A stretch of DNA of 63,575 nt, filler included, from Octopus bimaculoides (taxonomy: Eukaryota): assembly GCF_001194135.2 (NCBI RefSeq). It is 7 parts of 6 records of this genome, joined end to end, with 100 filler letters (N's around TTAATTAATTAA, not from the genome) between each part and the next. Parts side by side here need not be neighbours in the genome. Positions count along the whole stretch, not along the records: positions 24,577 to 28,913 come from NC_068987.1; positions 29,014 to 39,701 come from NC_068986.1; 5 more parts are not named here. The stretch is one strand, 5' to 3'. This document shows, piece after piece, positions 24,933 to 38,771 of the stretch. The position numbers and the translations under genes are program-made. Every line of letters starts with the position of its first letter. Within the stretch, counting starts at the first letter, position 1. The notes beneath the pieces were generated by a model. That model was given only the letters and a program-made list of their open reading frames with translations. It ran no database searches and was not told the DNA's origin.

Positions 24933-26160
24933 GCGCACACATGCACACATACATATACATAAACATATGTAGTGAACACCTGCACACATGTGGCGGATAC
25001 CTTTTATTTTAGATATGTATTTATTCAAAAATACGGACCGTGTTATACTTTTATCATTTTGATCAAGCTTTTATCAATTTTAGTACGAGATCATTGCAAT
25101 TTCTTTTGAGAACAGCAATGTTTTTACATCATCAACATTTCTAGGCATCCTCAGTCTCATTTCCTTAATGGAGGAATTACTGTTGGCGGAGTAATGGGGA
25201 ATTCCATCCAGAATCTGAATTTTTTGATCATTAGTATTGTATTCCAACAGGAAGTAATTACTTTTTTTTTTGCTTGTGAATCATGTCATCTGTATTTATT
25301 AATATGATTATGCATCGTGCTATTAGAATTGCCTCCATCATTAATCGTTCATTTTTTTCTAGGAAATTCTGTATAGGATAAACGTGTTGTTTACTAATGT
25401 TTTCTTTTTTTAAAAGATATTCTTGATCTCTAACTTATCGTGGAGGCTGTGCTAGAAAAAACACTCGTAATTTACGAGTACTTTTATGCACCACAAGTCC
25501 ATATGAAAGAGCCTCTCAAGGCACGTAAATAACGCAGTATGCTGTGTTCTAACACAACCTCTACGTTAAGATGGAGATCAAGATTGCCTTTTGGTATTAA
25601 TGCTGCTTCCTTTCTTTTATTCTTTTACGTGTATGGTATTTAATACACCTTTAATTGCCCCCCCCTTTTTAAATCTAAATTTATATCACTGGTCACTGAG
25701 CTATTTCTCTTTGCTCATTTTTCGTTTTAATCATGCAAGTTACCTTAGACCGTAAAGGTTCTCGACTTTATTTTATATATAAGTTTTATGTCTGCAGGAA
25801 TCAAGGTCGGATAACTGTTGTGCTATGACGCCTGTTGAGGTAGAAACATATGACCACAACATTTCTCTTATCTCTCTAAAAAAAAAAAACAACAGACTTA
25901 ATTTCCTTAATTGTATGTCAGTTCTGGATAATTATTGATTCTTGAAATTATCTCCTCTTATCATTTGGAATCAGTCGCAATTGTCAGCAGGCGTTTTGTC
26001 TATTGTCACTGGAAGCGAAGATAACTTCAATAAAACAAGTTTATATCTTGCAAAGTATCTAGCGTTCCATTATTTGTCTTTATATCCAAGTTCATACCAC
26101 TAGCATCTCTGAGTTATTTAGTTATTTATCTTATGAATATATACACAGATACATACGTGT

Positions 26161-26218
<58 letters not shown>

Positions 26219-27106
26219 GGTAATAATATATACAAAGCCTTCAACCTGAGGCTTATGGCCGCCAAGTTATTTAATCATAACAAGCTGAAAACCACAGGTT
26301 AATTAATGTATTAAGAGTAATCTAATAATTAAAAAAAAACGTAATTAAGAGTAACTAATAGCAATTAAAAGAGTTACTGAAGAAGTAACTCTCTCAAGGA
26401 AATTGCTAATTAATTTAGAGATGTGATAAATTACCATAAAATAATTTATATAAAATAATAAGTAAAAAAAAAATACCTTTAACCATGTATGTTCAAGGCA
26501 ATCTGTGGCTGACAATCGTTTTCTGCAAAAGAAGTGAATAAATATAAGCAACATGGCTTCATAAATAGCAGTAGTAACATCAACAACAACAGCGAACGAG
26601 AGAACCTTTAGGTGATAGCTAGATCCGCTAGATATAACAGCTAAGTTCTCAAATCACATCAGACTTTCTTAATAGAAGTACACATTCAATAATGTAATGC
26701 AAAAACGTCAGTGACGTAGCTAGAGTGTGTCGGACTGTGTAGTCTTTGAGTTTGCTAAACATTCTGTCCTCTATACAGTAGACTCTAAATGCCAAGCCAA
26801 TAAAAGCACTGCCAATGGTGGATCGCTCCTCCCCGCTCCCAAGCTACTCTAATGGTAAAAAAATAAAAGATAAGATGCTTTTGACTGGATCACGTTTTGT
26901 CTACATGTCTGAGCTCGATCAGGATTGACCAGGGACAAGCAACAAGAGGCCATGTTCACCTGTCTTGCCGGAAGTAGACGCCAAATCTCCTTCAAATAAC
27001 ACAATCGCGTCTTATAAATGAAGAACACATTAGATAAGGCGACATAGGTTTACAGAAGACGAAAGAAAAAATATATAATCATCTATATACATACATGTTT
27101 GCATGG

Positions 27107-27194
<88 letters not shown>

Positions 27195-27477
27195 ATGTCT
27201 ATGTGTATATATGTATAAACATACATACGTATATATGTACAATACGATTTAAATGCTGTATATATTTCACGACAAATAATCAGTAGTCAGAACTCCATGA
27301 ATATTCCGTGGTTTTCCTTCCACGTTTTAAGACATTGAAGAAAGGTAATTTGAGGGAGAATTGGCTGTTATTTCTGGCAGGTTATATGCCTGCGTGAAGC
27401 AAAATTTGGCTCCTGTTTCTAGCAAGTTGATCACCCGTTCCCATTTTGGCTTGATTAAAAAAAAAAAAATGAAGTTG

Positions 27478-28139
27478 GGATCTTTCTGAATTGACGGGCA
27501 CCACTTTTCATTTATGTTTTATGTAGTATTTTTGGTACCGAAACGCTTTCAAACTTCGTATACTTGTATATTTTGTGTTATAGAACATGTAAAAAATTGT
27601 CGTATTTCAGTAATTTCAACCAATCACTGACGTCTATTCAGGTGAAAACAATTACTTCCATGGAATGTAAACAACATTTTCTAACGGTGTCATGGGATCT
27701 TTTCCCTTGAATAAAATTAGTGCCGTTGTTTGTCAACAACAACTATCGGTGGTACTGGTTTTAACTTTAGGGTTTTAGGGTTAGGGTTCGGGTTTTAGAG
27801 TTAGAGTTAGTTTTAGAGTTAGGGTTAGGGTTATGATTATTTTTGCCATAACCTCACTCATAACCCTAACCCTAAATCAACAGGGAATAACGATCTTGAC
27901 ACCGGCAAAAATTATTGTTTACAAAAATAGCAGTAACTGTATTCAGCTGAATAGACGTCAGTGATTGGTTGAAATTACAGAAATATGACAACTTTAACAT
28001 GAAATAACTTGCGATGTATAAATTTTTGTTAAGAAGGCTAAGAGAAAAAGATATTTTATATGACACATTCTACCAGTATCATAAGATTGAAAGTGTTTCG
28101 TTAAGAAAACAAGTGGTGCCCGTCAATTCAGAAAGATCC
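27478..28139. mobile_element. Non-autonomous DNA transposon, 662 bp, MULE-like (Merlin not excluded), with internal telomere-like repeats
   Basis: Perfect 29-bp TIR GGATCTTTCTGAATTGACGGGCACCACTT. Perfect 8-bp TSD TGAAGTTG at 27470-27477 and 28140-28147. Imperfect IR continues for ~230 bp. Confidence 0.9.
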
Positions 28140-29260
28140 TGAAGTTGTTGTTTAATCTCCATTCGGTCTCGCTCGAGGAGGCCCATGATTAAAAGCATCC
28201 TAGTCGTAACTCGTCTTTCTCTATACGTAGAGTTACATAGCCTAATATGCTCTTCTCTTTAAGCGTATATGACGTTATTTGAGGGAGACTCTGCTGCTAT
28301 TTCTAGTGGGACGTCGGCTGCGTAAAGGCTTCCTCATTGGTTTCAATTTTAATGAGAACAAATACACCGATATAACGGAAATTACTTTTAAAGAAAATTA
28401 TTTTAGATAAAAAGACATCGACAAAGAGTCGAATGTTTTTTTAATGTTTCATCCTTCGTGGTTAAACACTATTCGTCTGAGGAAGAATACAGACGAAAGC
28501 TGATTAAGCGAAGCATAACGAAATCTTGAGAACCCATTAGATACAACAACAAATAGATTAATCTTAAAACAAACTTCTCAAACTGCTAAACATTTAGCTT
28601 CCAATGTGTGATAGGATGACGTCATCAGAGCAAGACACGTGAAAGAAGATAAGCGTTCTACTTATTCCTCGCCCTCACAAGTTCTTATTAAATACATTCT
28701 TTATTAGGTTCACTTCTTCAAAACTTTTTTAATTACTTATCCTTTTTACCAAACTAGTGAAGAGACCTTCAAGAACAATGAAGTGATATCAGACCAATTC
28801 TTAATTTTTCTCTTCGAGGAAATCTAATCTGTTGCTTATATATATATAGATATTTTCTAGATGGAGCTTTTACAAGGAAGTTAACAAGTTGGTGTCTCCT
28901 AATATGGATATGTNNNNNNNNNNNNNNNNNNNNNNNNNNNNNNNNNNNNNNNNNNNNTTAATTAATTAANNNNNNNNNNNNNNNNNNNNNNNNNNNNNNN
29001 NNNNNNNNNNNNNTTCAAAGCGGTGTGTAAAACATCTAATTCACTGGGGCGTCGGTTGAATACCACATAAATATGGGTATAATACAAATTACAAAGAATA
29101 AACTAAATAGAGAGATTCAATTAACAATACAAAAATTTATTTATATTATAATATAACATAATATACTATGAATATAATATAACATAAACAATTATTTAAA
29201 AAAACCAAAAGCCAACAATGTGTTTTGACTTCTATACATTCTTTGATATATAAGCAATTG

Positions 29261-29456
29261 AATTCCCTTATATATAAGTCTCATCAGGGCAATTGGTGTG
29301 TAGATAGACGAAATTCTGTTTGAAAGAATTGCTGGATTCATACGGAATTTCGTCTGTCTACACACCAATTTCTCTGATGAGGCTTAGATATAAGGAAATT
29401 GTCACACCGTCTCCCATGAAGGGATATATAAAATATCTTGGAAACAGCTGTAAGAC
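29261..29456. mobile_element. Penelope-like remnant: 59-bp-arm inverted repeat plus degenerate hammerhead at 29409-29456
   Basis: Arms 29261-29319 and 29342-29400 match at 52/59. Then GUCU-CCCAUGA-A-GGGAUAU(AUAAA)AUAUCUU-G-GAAA-CAGCUG-UA-AGAC. Confidence 0.6.
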
Positions 29457-29521
29457 CTATTTATAAATGTTCTAAAATTTTTCACAGACTTGGATTTTTA
29501 TCTCATTCTGAAATTTTTTTT

Positions 29522-29560
<39 letters not shown>

Positions 29561-29639
29561 TTTATATATCTGTGTATATATATGTATGTATAAACATATT
29601 CAATGCTTTATTTTTCTCTTTCTACAGGGGATTTATCCT

Positions 29640-30170
29640 GGTCCTTGGAATCCCGCTATAGAGTATCACTTGTCAAGAAGAACAGTCTTTCTGACCTTGC
29701 TAAGAACTTCACTTCAACATCTTAGAGGTTTTTATCAAACATTTCTGTGGCATTTTGATTCTCTCTCATTCTCCATAATGACCACCAGTATGGCTTTCTT
29801 GAAACCAGATCTGCCGGATAACTTATTCCCTAAATGCAGGCTTAAGCCATAATGATATTGGCCGGGAGAAAGGAGCTGTTTACAGTAAACGTTATCATAA
29901 TGTTAAAGAATTATGGGAAAAGAAATGTTTTTTAGCAAAGGAAGAATGTCGCCATTTACGCCAGTTGGACTCTAAAGTTATGTTTAAACCTCTGAGTCAC
30001 TCTGCATCTGTAAACAATTGTCTCAGCGCCAGATCTGCCAGATAACTTATTCCTTAAGTTACTCACTGATGATCCATTGTTCTCGATAGAATTTAGCGTG
30101 AGCAGCAATTGAGACTAGTAAATCATTCGACATTATCTGGTACGAGACTCTCGTAGCAAGATTTCTGCAA
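29640..30170 (+). mobile_element. Heavily decayed CR1/L2-type RT fragments
   Basis: NDHQYGF motif, RSA.DNL segment duplicated at ~29805 and ~30029, SKSFDIIW-like segment. Confidence 0.4.
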
Positions 30171-30304
30171 AATTGACCACATCGATTTATATCGGTAGTG
30201 TGATCATTAGTATTTATCCCGTTCAATAAATGATTCTGACAGGCATTGATAATGCTCTCCCACCCTGTCTATCTCTTTCTCTCTCCCTCCCTCTCTCCTT
30301 CTCT

Positions 30305-30336
<32 letters not shown>

Positions 30337-30910
30337 TCTCTCTCTCTCAGCTGTAACAACCTTTTCCGCACTAAACTCTAAGCGTGGTTTCTACTATGAC
30401 ATAGGTCTGTCCTTTTAACGAATCATGAGCAACAATGTGGTACCTCAGACCTGATAAAGACAGGCAAGTCCTGTTGTATATTGGTCATTATATGCATATT
30501 TCCATATATTACACATACTTACATATGCAGACACACGTAAATATGTGAGAGCTCGTGAAAATACGTTTACGTCTACCGGTGTCATGTTAACCGGTGTAAA
30601 CTATTGCCATGTCATTTAATGTCAAAAAAAAATTATCGCTGTCGAGAAAATAGAGCCAGAGAAAAACAGAAACAGAAAGTGAGAGAGAGAGGGGGTAAAA
30701 GAAAAAAGACAGGAGGAGAAAGAGACAAAGAGTAAAACATTGACGAAGATGAAAAATGTAGAGTGAGATGAAAGTGTCAGAATGACTGAACGAAAGAAAC
30801 CAAAGCTTCTGCTGTACTGATCTGTTATTACCTTTACTAAGACAACACGCACGCCACCAGAAAAGCACACGTATACACGCATAGACGCACAAACCCATAT
30901 ACATACACAA

Positions 30911-30972
<62 letters not shown>

Positions 30973-31536
30973 NNNNNNNNNNNNNNNNNNNNNNNNNNNN
31001 NNNNNNNNNNNNNNNNNNNNNNNNNNNNNNNNNNNNNNNNNNNNNNNNNNNNNNNNNNNNNNNNNNNNNNNNNNNNNNNNNNNNNNNNNNNNNNNNNNNN
31101 NNNNNNNNNNNNNNNNNNNNNNNNNNNNNNNNNNNNNNNNNNNNNNNNNNNNNNNNNNNNNNNNNNNNNNNNNNNNNNNNNNNNNNNNNNNNNNNNNNNN
31201 NNNNNNNNNNNNNNNNNNNNNNNNNNNNNNNNNNNNNNNNNNNNNNNNNNNNNNNNNNNNNNNNNNNNNNNNNNNNNNNNNNNNNNNNNNNNNNNNNNNN
31301 NNNNNNNNNNNNNNNNNNNNNNNNNNNNNNNNNNNNNNNNNNNNNNNNNNNNNNNNNNNNNNNNNNNNNNNNNNNNNNNNNNNNNNNNNNNNNNNNNNNN
31401 NNNNNNNNNNNNNNNNNNNNNNNNNNNNNNNNNNNNNNNNNNNNNNNNNNNNNNNNNNNNNNNNNNNNNNNNNNNNNNNNNNNNNNNNNNNNNNTATATA
31501 TATGTATATATATATACATATATATATATATATACT

Positions 31537-31567
<31 letters not shown>

Positions 31568-31659
31568 GCATATATATATATAATATATATATACATATAC
31601 ATGTAAACATACATATATAAGCAGGCACACACACACACATATATCTATATATTCTTTCA

Positions 31660-32480
31660 TTCTTTTACTTGTTTCAATCATTTGACTGCAGCCATGCTGG
31701 AGCACTGCATTTAGTCCGAACAAATCGACCTGGGACTTTTATTTTTTTTTTTTGTAAGCCTACTAATTATTCTATCGGTATTTCTTGCCGAACTGCTAAG
31801 TTACGGTGACGTAAATACACCAACATCGGTTGTCATGTAATGTTGATGGGGACAAACGCAGGCACACACATATAAATATTTACATATACTGGTATTTAAT
31901 TTATCGACTGCGAAAGGTTGAATGTCAAAGCCGTCGTAATTTGAACTCAGAACACAAAGACAGAAGAAATACCGCTAAGCATTTCACCCGGTGTACTAAC
32001 GTTTATGCCAGTTCGCCGACTTGAATTAATTAAATATTAAATTGATATGCCCTGGGCATAATATGTTTTAGAGGGAAATAAATATACCCTCGGATGTTTT
32101 AAATATGTTTATGGATAGCAGACTGATTATAGCATACTGATTCAGTCTACTATATGGTTCCAGGTTCAGTCCAACTGCGTGGCAACTTGGGCAAGTGTCT
32201 TCTACTACAGCCTAGGGCCGACTAAGGCCCTGTGTGTGTGCGGGGGGGATGTATTTATGTGCGTGTGTGTGTCTTTGTGTCTGTGTTTGTCCCCCCGTCA
32301 TCGCTTGGAAACTGATAACGGTGTTTATGTCCGCGTAAGTTAACGATTCGGCAAAGAGAATGAGAGAATAAGTACTAGGCTTACAACGAATAAGTCCTGG
32401 ATTCAATTTCTTCGATTAAAACCCTTTTAAGGCTGTGCTCCAGCAAGACGGAAGTCAAGTGATTGGAACAAGTAGACGAA
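31660..32480. mobile_element. Cluster of SINE pieces (OK-like 3' half on -, third family on -, OK-like on + at 32155-32480)
   Basis: Similarity to the family copies described above. Confidence 0.75.
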
Positions 32481-33083
32481 TATATATATATATATATTTC
32501 ATTCCAAGTTACCTCGTATTATTTTTTCCTACATCTATAAGTTCTTACACATTTGTACTTTTTATTTTGATGTTCTTCTGAAATAAACAAATCAATGAAA
32601 ACGCAACCGGATTTTTTTCTCCTGTTTTTTTACAAAATAATGGGAAACAAATTTCATTTACTGACCAAATAGTTATTGATTTTACTCAAGATCGATTTAA
32701 ACACTCGCCTGGTTGACTGGTTATTAATATTATTATTATTTACCTACAACTCGACATCTACTCACTGGGTCATTGGTGTGGAAAGTGTGTCCCTTTAAGC
32801 TGAGCAAATTAAAGAATTAGAAACCAACTCAACATTTTATGTCAACAAATCACTATAATGTAATTCTATCTAACAGTCAACGAAGGATCGTCGCTGCCAT
32901 GCGTTCGTACGGCTCTGCACCCGACTCTCTTAGAAATAATAAGGATATGTTAGATAACACCTCGTCAGAAACATCGTCGTCGTCGTTGTTATTATTGTTG
33001 CTGCTGCTGCTGCTGTCGTTGATGTTGTTGTTGTTGTCGTCGTCGTCGTCATCGTCGTCGACGTCGTCGTGGATGATGGTGAC

Positions 33084-33143
<60 letters not shown>

Positions 33144-33552
33144 NNNNNNNNNNNNNNNNNNNNNNNNNNNNNNNNNNNNNNNNNNNNNNNNNNNNNNNNN
33201 NNNNNNNNNNNNNNNNNNNNNNNNNNNNNNNNNNNNNNNNNNNNNNNNNNNNNNNNNNNNNNNNNNNNNNNNNNNNNNNNNNNNNNNNNNNNNNNNNNNN
33301 NNNNNNNNNNNNNNNNNNNNNNNNNNNNNNNNNNNNNNNNNNNNNNNNNNNNNNNNNNNNNGAGGTGAGAGGGATAACTTCCCTTGGCAAATAGGACACA
33401 GTCGTGTGTCGATAAGCCAGCTGGAGGAGATGTCCTCCTGGGGCTAAAAGCAACAGTAACATCCACCCCTAGGGGTCAGCCACACTTAAGTGGCAATATA
33501 CTACACTTTATCGTGCAGTTACTGTTAATACTTCATTTAGAGAATAACATTG

Positions 33553-33587
<35 letters not shown>

Positions 33588-35214
33588 TTTGCAATATATT
33601 AAGAATTGCAATCAGCCTCAACTCATATGATATTAGATCTATACCCCTTTATATCCTTTATAATACTGAATATTTCATACCATAAATTTAAGCGTACTTT
33701 CCTCACTCATTTCCTGGAAGGGAGTGAGCCAAAGCGATTAGATTTTTCCAGAAAAGACATACCGCGACATTTCCCAGTGGATCTTGGCCACGATAGGTTT
33801 ACAACTCACCGGCAATCTTTGTGCGGATATACATAACACGGAAGTCCACTTAATGTGTTTTCTTTTTCCTCCATTACGAAACGCCAATGCTGAGAATCCA
33901 CTAACCATGTTATCCCAGTTTAGTTAAGTTGAGTGTATGCTCTTGTTTTTAGCTCCTCTTTTATCCAAATGTCATCGGATTAAGCAGGCATCGCAATCCC
34001 CAAATATGGATACCTGGACATTTGAGCAGTGTCTTCGATAGCGGCCACTCGGGCGCATGATTTCTGGTTAGCAGCTTCCAGCTTTCTCGAGTTTACCACC
34101 TTCGCCATTTATCTATAGGCAATGGGCGTTTCGATTTCAGAGATTAAATCATCGCCAGGTATTCCATAGATCGCCAGTTATTCCATAGATGGCAGCAACG
34201 TTTGTTTCGAATAACATTAATTCATCTTGTCTCTAGTGTCCTCATGGTGCATGTACATGTGCTAGAGACAACCAAGTAGGATATATTCCTCCATTAATAT
34301 TGTGCAGGCATCACCACCAATACCGCGATTACTATCAACACAAAACGCCACCGTCACAACTACCACCACCACTACAACAACAACAACAAGCATATTCATC
34401 ATCATGGCTATTTCTTGATTGCTTGAGTTTCATGTCAGCAGAGATAAGTATTAGAATCTCGTGTTATACATGAGTGAGGTTTTGAATATCAATACACGTG
34501 CACTCACAAATATGTGTCTGTGTGTATGTATGTATGTATGTATGTATATATGTATACACATATTTGCATGTATCTATTAGAAAATTTCTTTATATACCTA
34601 AGTTTGTGTGTGGGATGTGAGTCTGTGTTTGTGTTTGTGTGTATCCGACTCTGTGTGTGTGTGTGTGAGAGAGAGAGTGTTTGCTAGCGCAGGTTCGTGC
34701 GTTCGTGGGTGCGTGTGTATCCAAAATATTCTCTAATGCAACCCGAACCTTCTCGGATTCTGAACCACTGACACCACCATCCTCCTCATCCTTCTCATGA
34801 TCACCAACAACAACAACAACAACAATAACAACAATACAGTTGCTCTGACTGCAAGAATGATTGACACATGCGCTGATGGTTAATGCCACAACTTCCACGT
34901 TGTTAGAGCGTAAGTGAAGTGGCAAATTAATTAGACAGCTGGACGTGTAGAACTCGTGAGAAATGTGTGGTGACGTCTATACGTACAGGAAGGTTAAGTG
35001 TTGTGACCTAATCGGCTTGCTCTACCCGAATAATTAACCTAATTTGACCCCCCCTGTACATTTACATATTCCTCGCAATATGTACGTGTACATAGTCACA
35101 AACCAGATACATATATACATGCACACATATCCAAAGAAGCACTTACAGGCATATATCTAGTGATATATATATATATATATATATTTATACAAATATTCTA
35201 TAATTATAAACATA

Positions 35215-35261
<47 letters not shown>

Positions 35262-35310
35262 NNNNNNNNNNNNNNNNNNNNNNNNNNNNNNNNNNNNNNN
35301 NNNNNNNNNA

Positions 35311-35355
<45 letters not shown>

Positions 35356-35359
35356 TATG

Positions 35360-35403
<44 letters not shown>

Positions 35404-36070
35404 GGGTTATAGTTGTTCCATCTCTTATATACACAGGCAAAATACACACAAACACACACACACATATATAAATACACGAACATACAAACACAAGCACGTA
35501 CACACACATACACACACAAACACATGTATACACACAGACGTACCCAAACACATAAATATATGCATATGTGCGTGCGTGTGAGTGCGTATGTGTATGAGAG
35601 AGTGAATGGGTATGTGTATGTGTATATGTGTGCGCGCGGCCGGGCGTCTGTGTACACGTTAATTGCAATGAGCGGAAGGAAAATTATGCAGCATGGGAAA
35701 GAGGAGGGAAATAATATTTGTTTCTTCATTCGGTCATCCGAAACCAAAGTCACTTAATTTATAAGCGTCTGCAGACACTGCTACCTTTTGTTCTTAGGCA
35801 ATCTAATTAACACCAGGGTTCGAATTAAGGGAGATTTAGTAGCTATTTCTAGAACGACTGTTGAATTCACCAGACTATGCTATAAATAGCAAATAGCTTC
35901 ATTATATAGTCAGACAAAATAAACGTATTCGACACATTTCACTTTTTACAAATACTAGAATTACCATATATGGGATGCATAAATGAAGTGATGACTAGAA
36001 AAATACAATTTCAAAAAATACAATGAAATACAGTAAATGCATTAAAATCAAAAAATAAAATCAAAAAGTA

Positions 36071-36390
36071 TTTTATAACCCTGCACGCGTATGCACAAGC
36101 AGGGTATTGTAATCGTTCGCCTTCGTCTGTTTGTCTGTGTGTTTGCAAAATTACTGGAAAACGGCTGAACGGATTTTCACCAAATTTAGCAGAAATACTC
36201 ATTGGGTTAGTGGCTCAAACTCATTAAATTTTGGACTGGTGAATCAAAATGAATCTTTACTTTGTTACACATGCATATACGATAAGCAGGGGGAAAAAAA
36301 CTATTGACGTCAATTTGTTGAAATATGAATTTGTCTGAGATTATTGAATTAAATTTCATATTATCCTTGTGTGAGCGCAGGGTATGCATC
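36071..36390 (+). mobile_element. Helentron-associated non-autonomous element (HINE/DINE-1-like)
   Basis: 5' ttttataaccctgc...gcagggtatt self-IR, (gtct)-like microsatellite, ggattttcaccaaattt core, and 3' gcgcagggtatg subterminal IR. This is the layout of DINE-1-type elements. Confidence 0.55.
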
Positions 36391-36717
36391 TCCTCTCCGA
36401 TGCCTGTTTTGTTTGTTTGTTTGTTTGTTTTTTTTCATTTTTCATGTTTTAAAATTTATGATGGCCCGAAACTCTGAGTATTTAGTTTGTCAGTTTTTAC
36501 ATACATGCGCAAAGAATCTTTTGTCTTACTTGAAATTGCTTATGAATATTTAGCCAAGACAAAAAGACATGCGCTATCGATAAGCGTCTCCACCGGCGGT
36601 TCTCAGCCGGGTCAAAATGACTCCACGGTCCAAATAACAATTTGTTGTTATAATTTGTGTGCAATAAGTCAGATATAATTCTAGAGTACATAAGATATTT
36701 TAATAGTTTTATATATA

Positions 36718-37256
36718 CAGGGTGATTGAAAAGTAACCCCCTATTTTAAAATACTTATAGATTACTTATTAATTGTGGCTTAGTGGTTAAGGCATTCGGC
36801 TCACGATCGCATAGCTGTGAGTTCAATTCCCGGCGACAGGTTGTGTCTTTGAGCAAGACACATTATTTCACGTTGCTCCACTCCACTCAGCTGGTAAAAA
36901 TGAGAAGTACTTGTATTTCAAAGGGCCAACCTTGTGACACTCTGTGTCACGCTGAATCTCCCTGAGACCTACATTAAGGTTACACGTGTCCATGGCGTGC
37001 TCAGCCATTCGCCCGTTAATATCACGAGCAGGCTGTTCTGTTGATCGGATCAACTGGAACTCTCGTCGTCGTAACCGACAAAGTGCTACTTGAATTGCAA
37101 TTTCTTTTTTAAATGGAGATGACAGGAAAGCTTTTAGTATCAGGTTTTATTTATACTTCAGAAAGAAAAACACACAAAAAAAAAATGAGAAAAAATTTAC
37201 AATTAATAAATAATTTACAAGTATTTTAAAATAGGAACTTACTTTTCAATCAACCC
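36718..37256. mobile_element. Tc1/mariner-type MITE with a SINE (36772-37087) nested inside
   Basis: TA + cagggtgattgaaaagtaaccccctattttaaaatactt versus aagtattttaaaataggaacttacttttcaatcaaccc (~40-bp imperfect TIRs). Confidence 0.7.
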
Positions 37257-37509
37257 AAATAATAATAGTAATCGTTTCTACTAAAACACAAGGCCCGAAA
37301 TTTGGAAGAGGGGGAGATAATCGATTACATCGACCTCAGTACTTAACTGGTACATATTTTATCGACAGCGAACGGATGAAAAGCAAAGTCGACCTCGTTC
37401 GAATTTGAACTCAGAATGTAAAGACAGACGAAATACCGCTAAGCATTTCGTCCGGTGTGCTAACGATGCTGACAGCTCGCCGCCTTAAAAATAATAATAA
37501 TAATAACAA

Positions 37510-37591
<82 letters not shown>

Positions 37592-38740
37592 GATAATAAC
37601 AGCTACCATAATTATAATCTAACACTTGCCTTTATTTCATTTTTTTTTCTCTTTATATTTTTGTGACTTGGTATTTAAATTTACTTAATTACTATAATTA
37701 TTGTCGAAGAAAAAAAAATCATACTTTGTTTGTTTTTTTTTACTTCATTTTCTTTCGAATAATTATCACTTGCTTAGCACACAGAAGCTTAAAACACACA
37801 CACACATACATACATACATACATACATATACACACACACACTTTCACAAACGAGCACCAATACATGGGGACCAACGTCACCGAGAAGAATGAATAAACTT
37901 TTCTAAAAACAAACATAAAATATGGATTTTTTTTTTAAGGAAATAAGATTTTGAATCAGATTCTCAGCTACAAAAGGAAATGTGAAATAATAATAGTAAC
38001 AACAACATCGACGACGACAATAATAATAATAATAAAAAGAAGAAGAAGAAAATTAACAACCACAGTAACAATAGCCACAGCACTGACAGTAATAATCGCG
38101 AATACAAAATGTGAGATGATTGAAAACGAAGAAAGTGGTAGAATAAAGAAAACTTAGAAGAAGCAAAGAAGAAGAAGAAGAAGAAGAAGAAGAAGAAGAA
38201 GAAGAAGAAGAAGAAGAAGAAGAAGAAGAAGAAGAAGAAGAAGAACAACAACAACAACAACAACAACAACAANNNNNNNNNNNNNNNNNNNNNNNNNNNN
38301 NNNNNNNNNNNNNNNNNNNNNNNNNNNNNNNNNNNNNNNNNNNNNNNNNNNNNNNNNNNNNNNNNNNNNNNNNNNNNNNNNNNNNNNNNNNNNNNNNNNN
38401 NNNNNNNNNNNNNNNNNNNNNNNNNNNNNNNNNNNNNNNNNNNNNNNNNNNNNNNNNNNNNNNNNNNNNNNNNNNNNNNNNNNNNNNNNNNNNNNNNNNN
38501 NNNNNNNNNNNNNNNNNNNNNNNNNNNNNNNNNNNNNNNNNNNNNNNNNNNNNNNNNNNNNNNNNNNNNNNNNNNNNNNNNNNNNNNNNNNNNNNNNNNN
38601 NNNNNNNNNNNNNNNNNNNNNNNNNNNNNNNNNNNNNNNNNNNNNNNNNNNNNNNNNNNNNNNNNNNNNNNNNNNNNNNNNNNNNNNNNNNNNNNNNNNN
38701 NNNNNNNNNNNNNNNNNNNNNNNNNNNNNNNNNNNNNNNN

Positions 38741-38771
<31 letters not shown>

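Noticed and set aside
34884-34915. Plus-strand ATG...GAGC/GTAAGT mini-exon (MVNATTSTLLE), and a plus-strand acceptor at ~45105 giving NQCCV*
   Set aside because: No intervening exons or homology found to connect them. Single splice signals are expected by chance.
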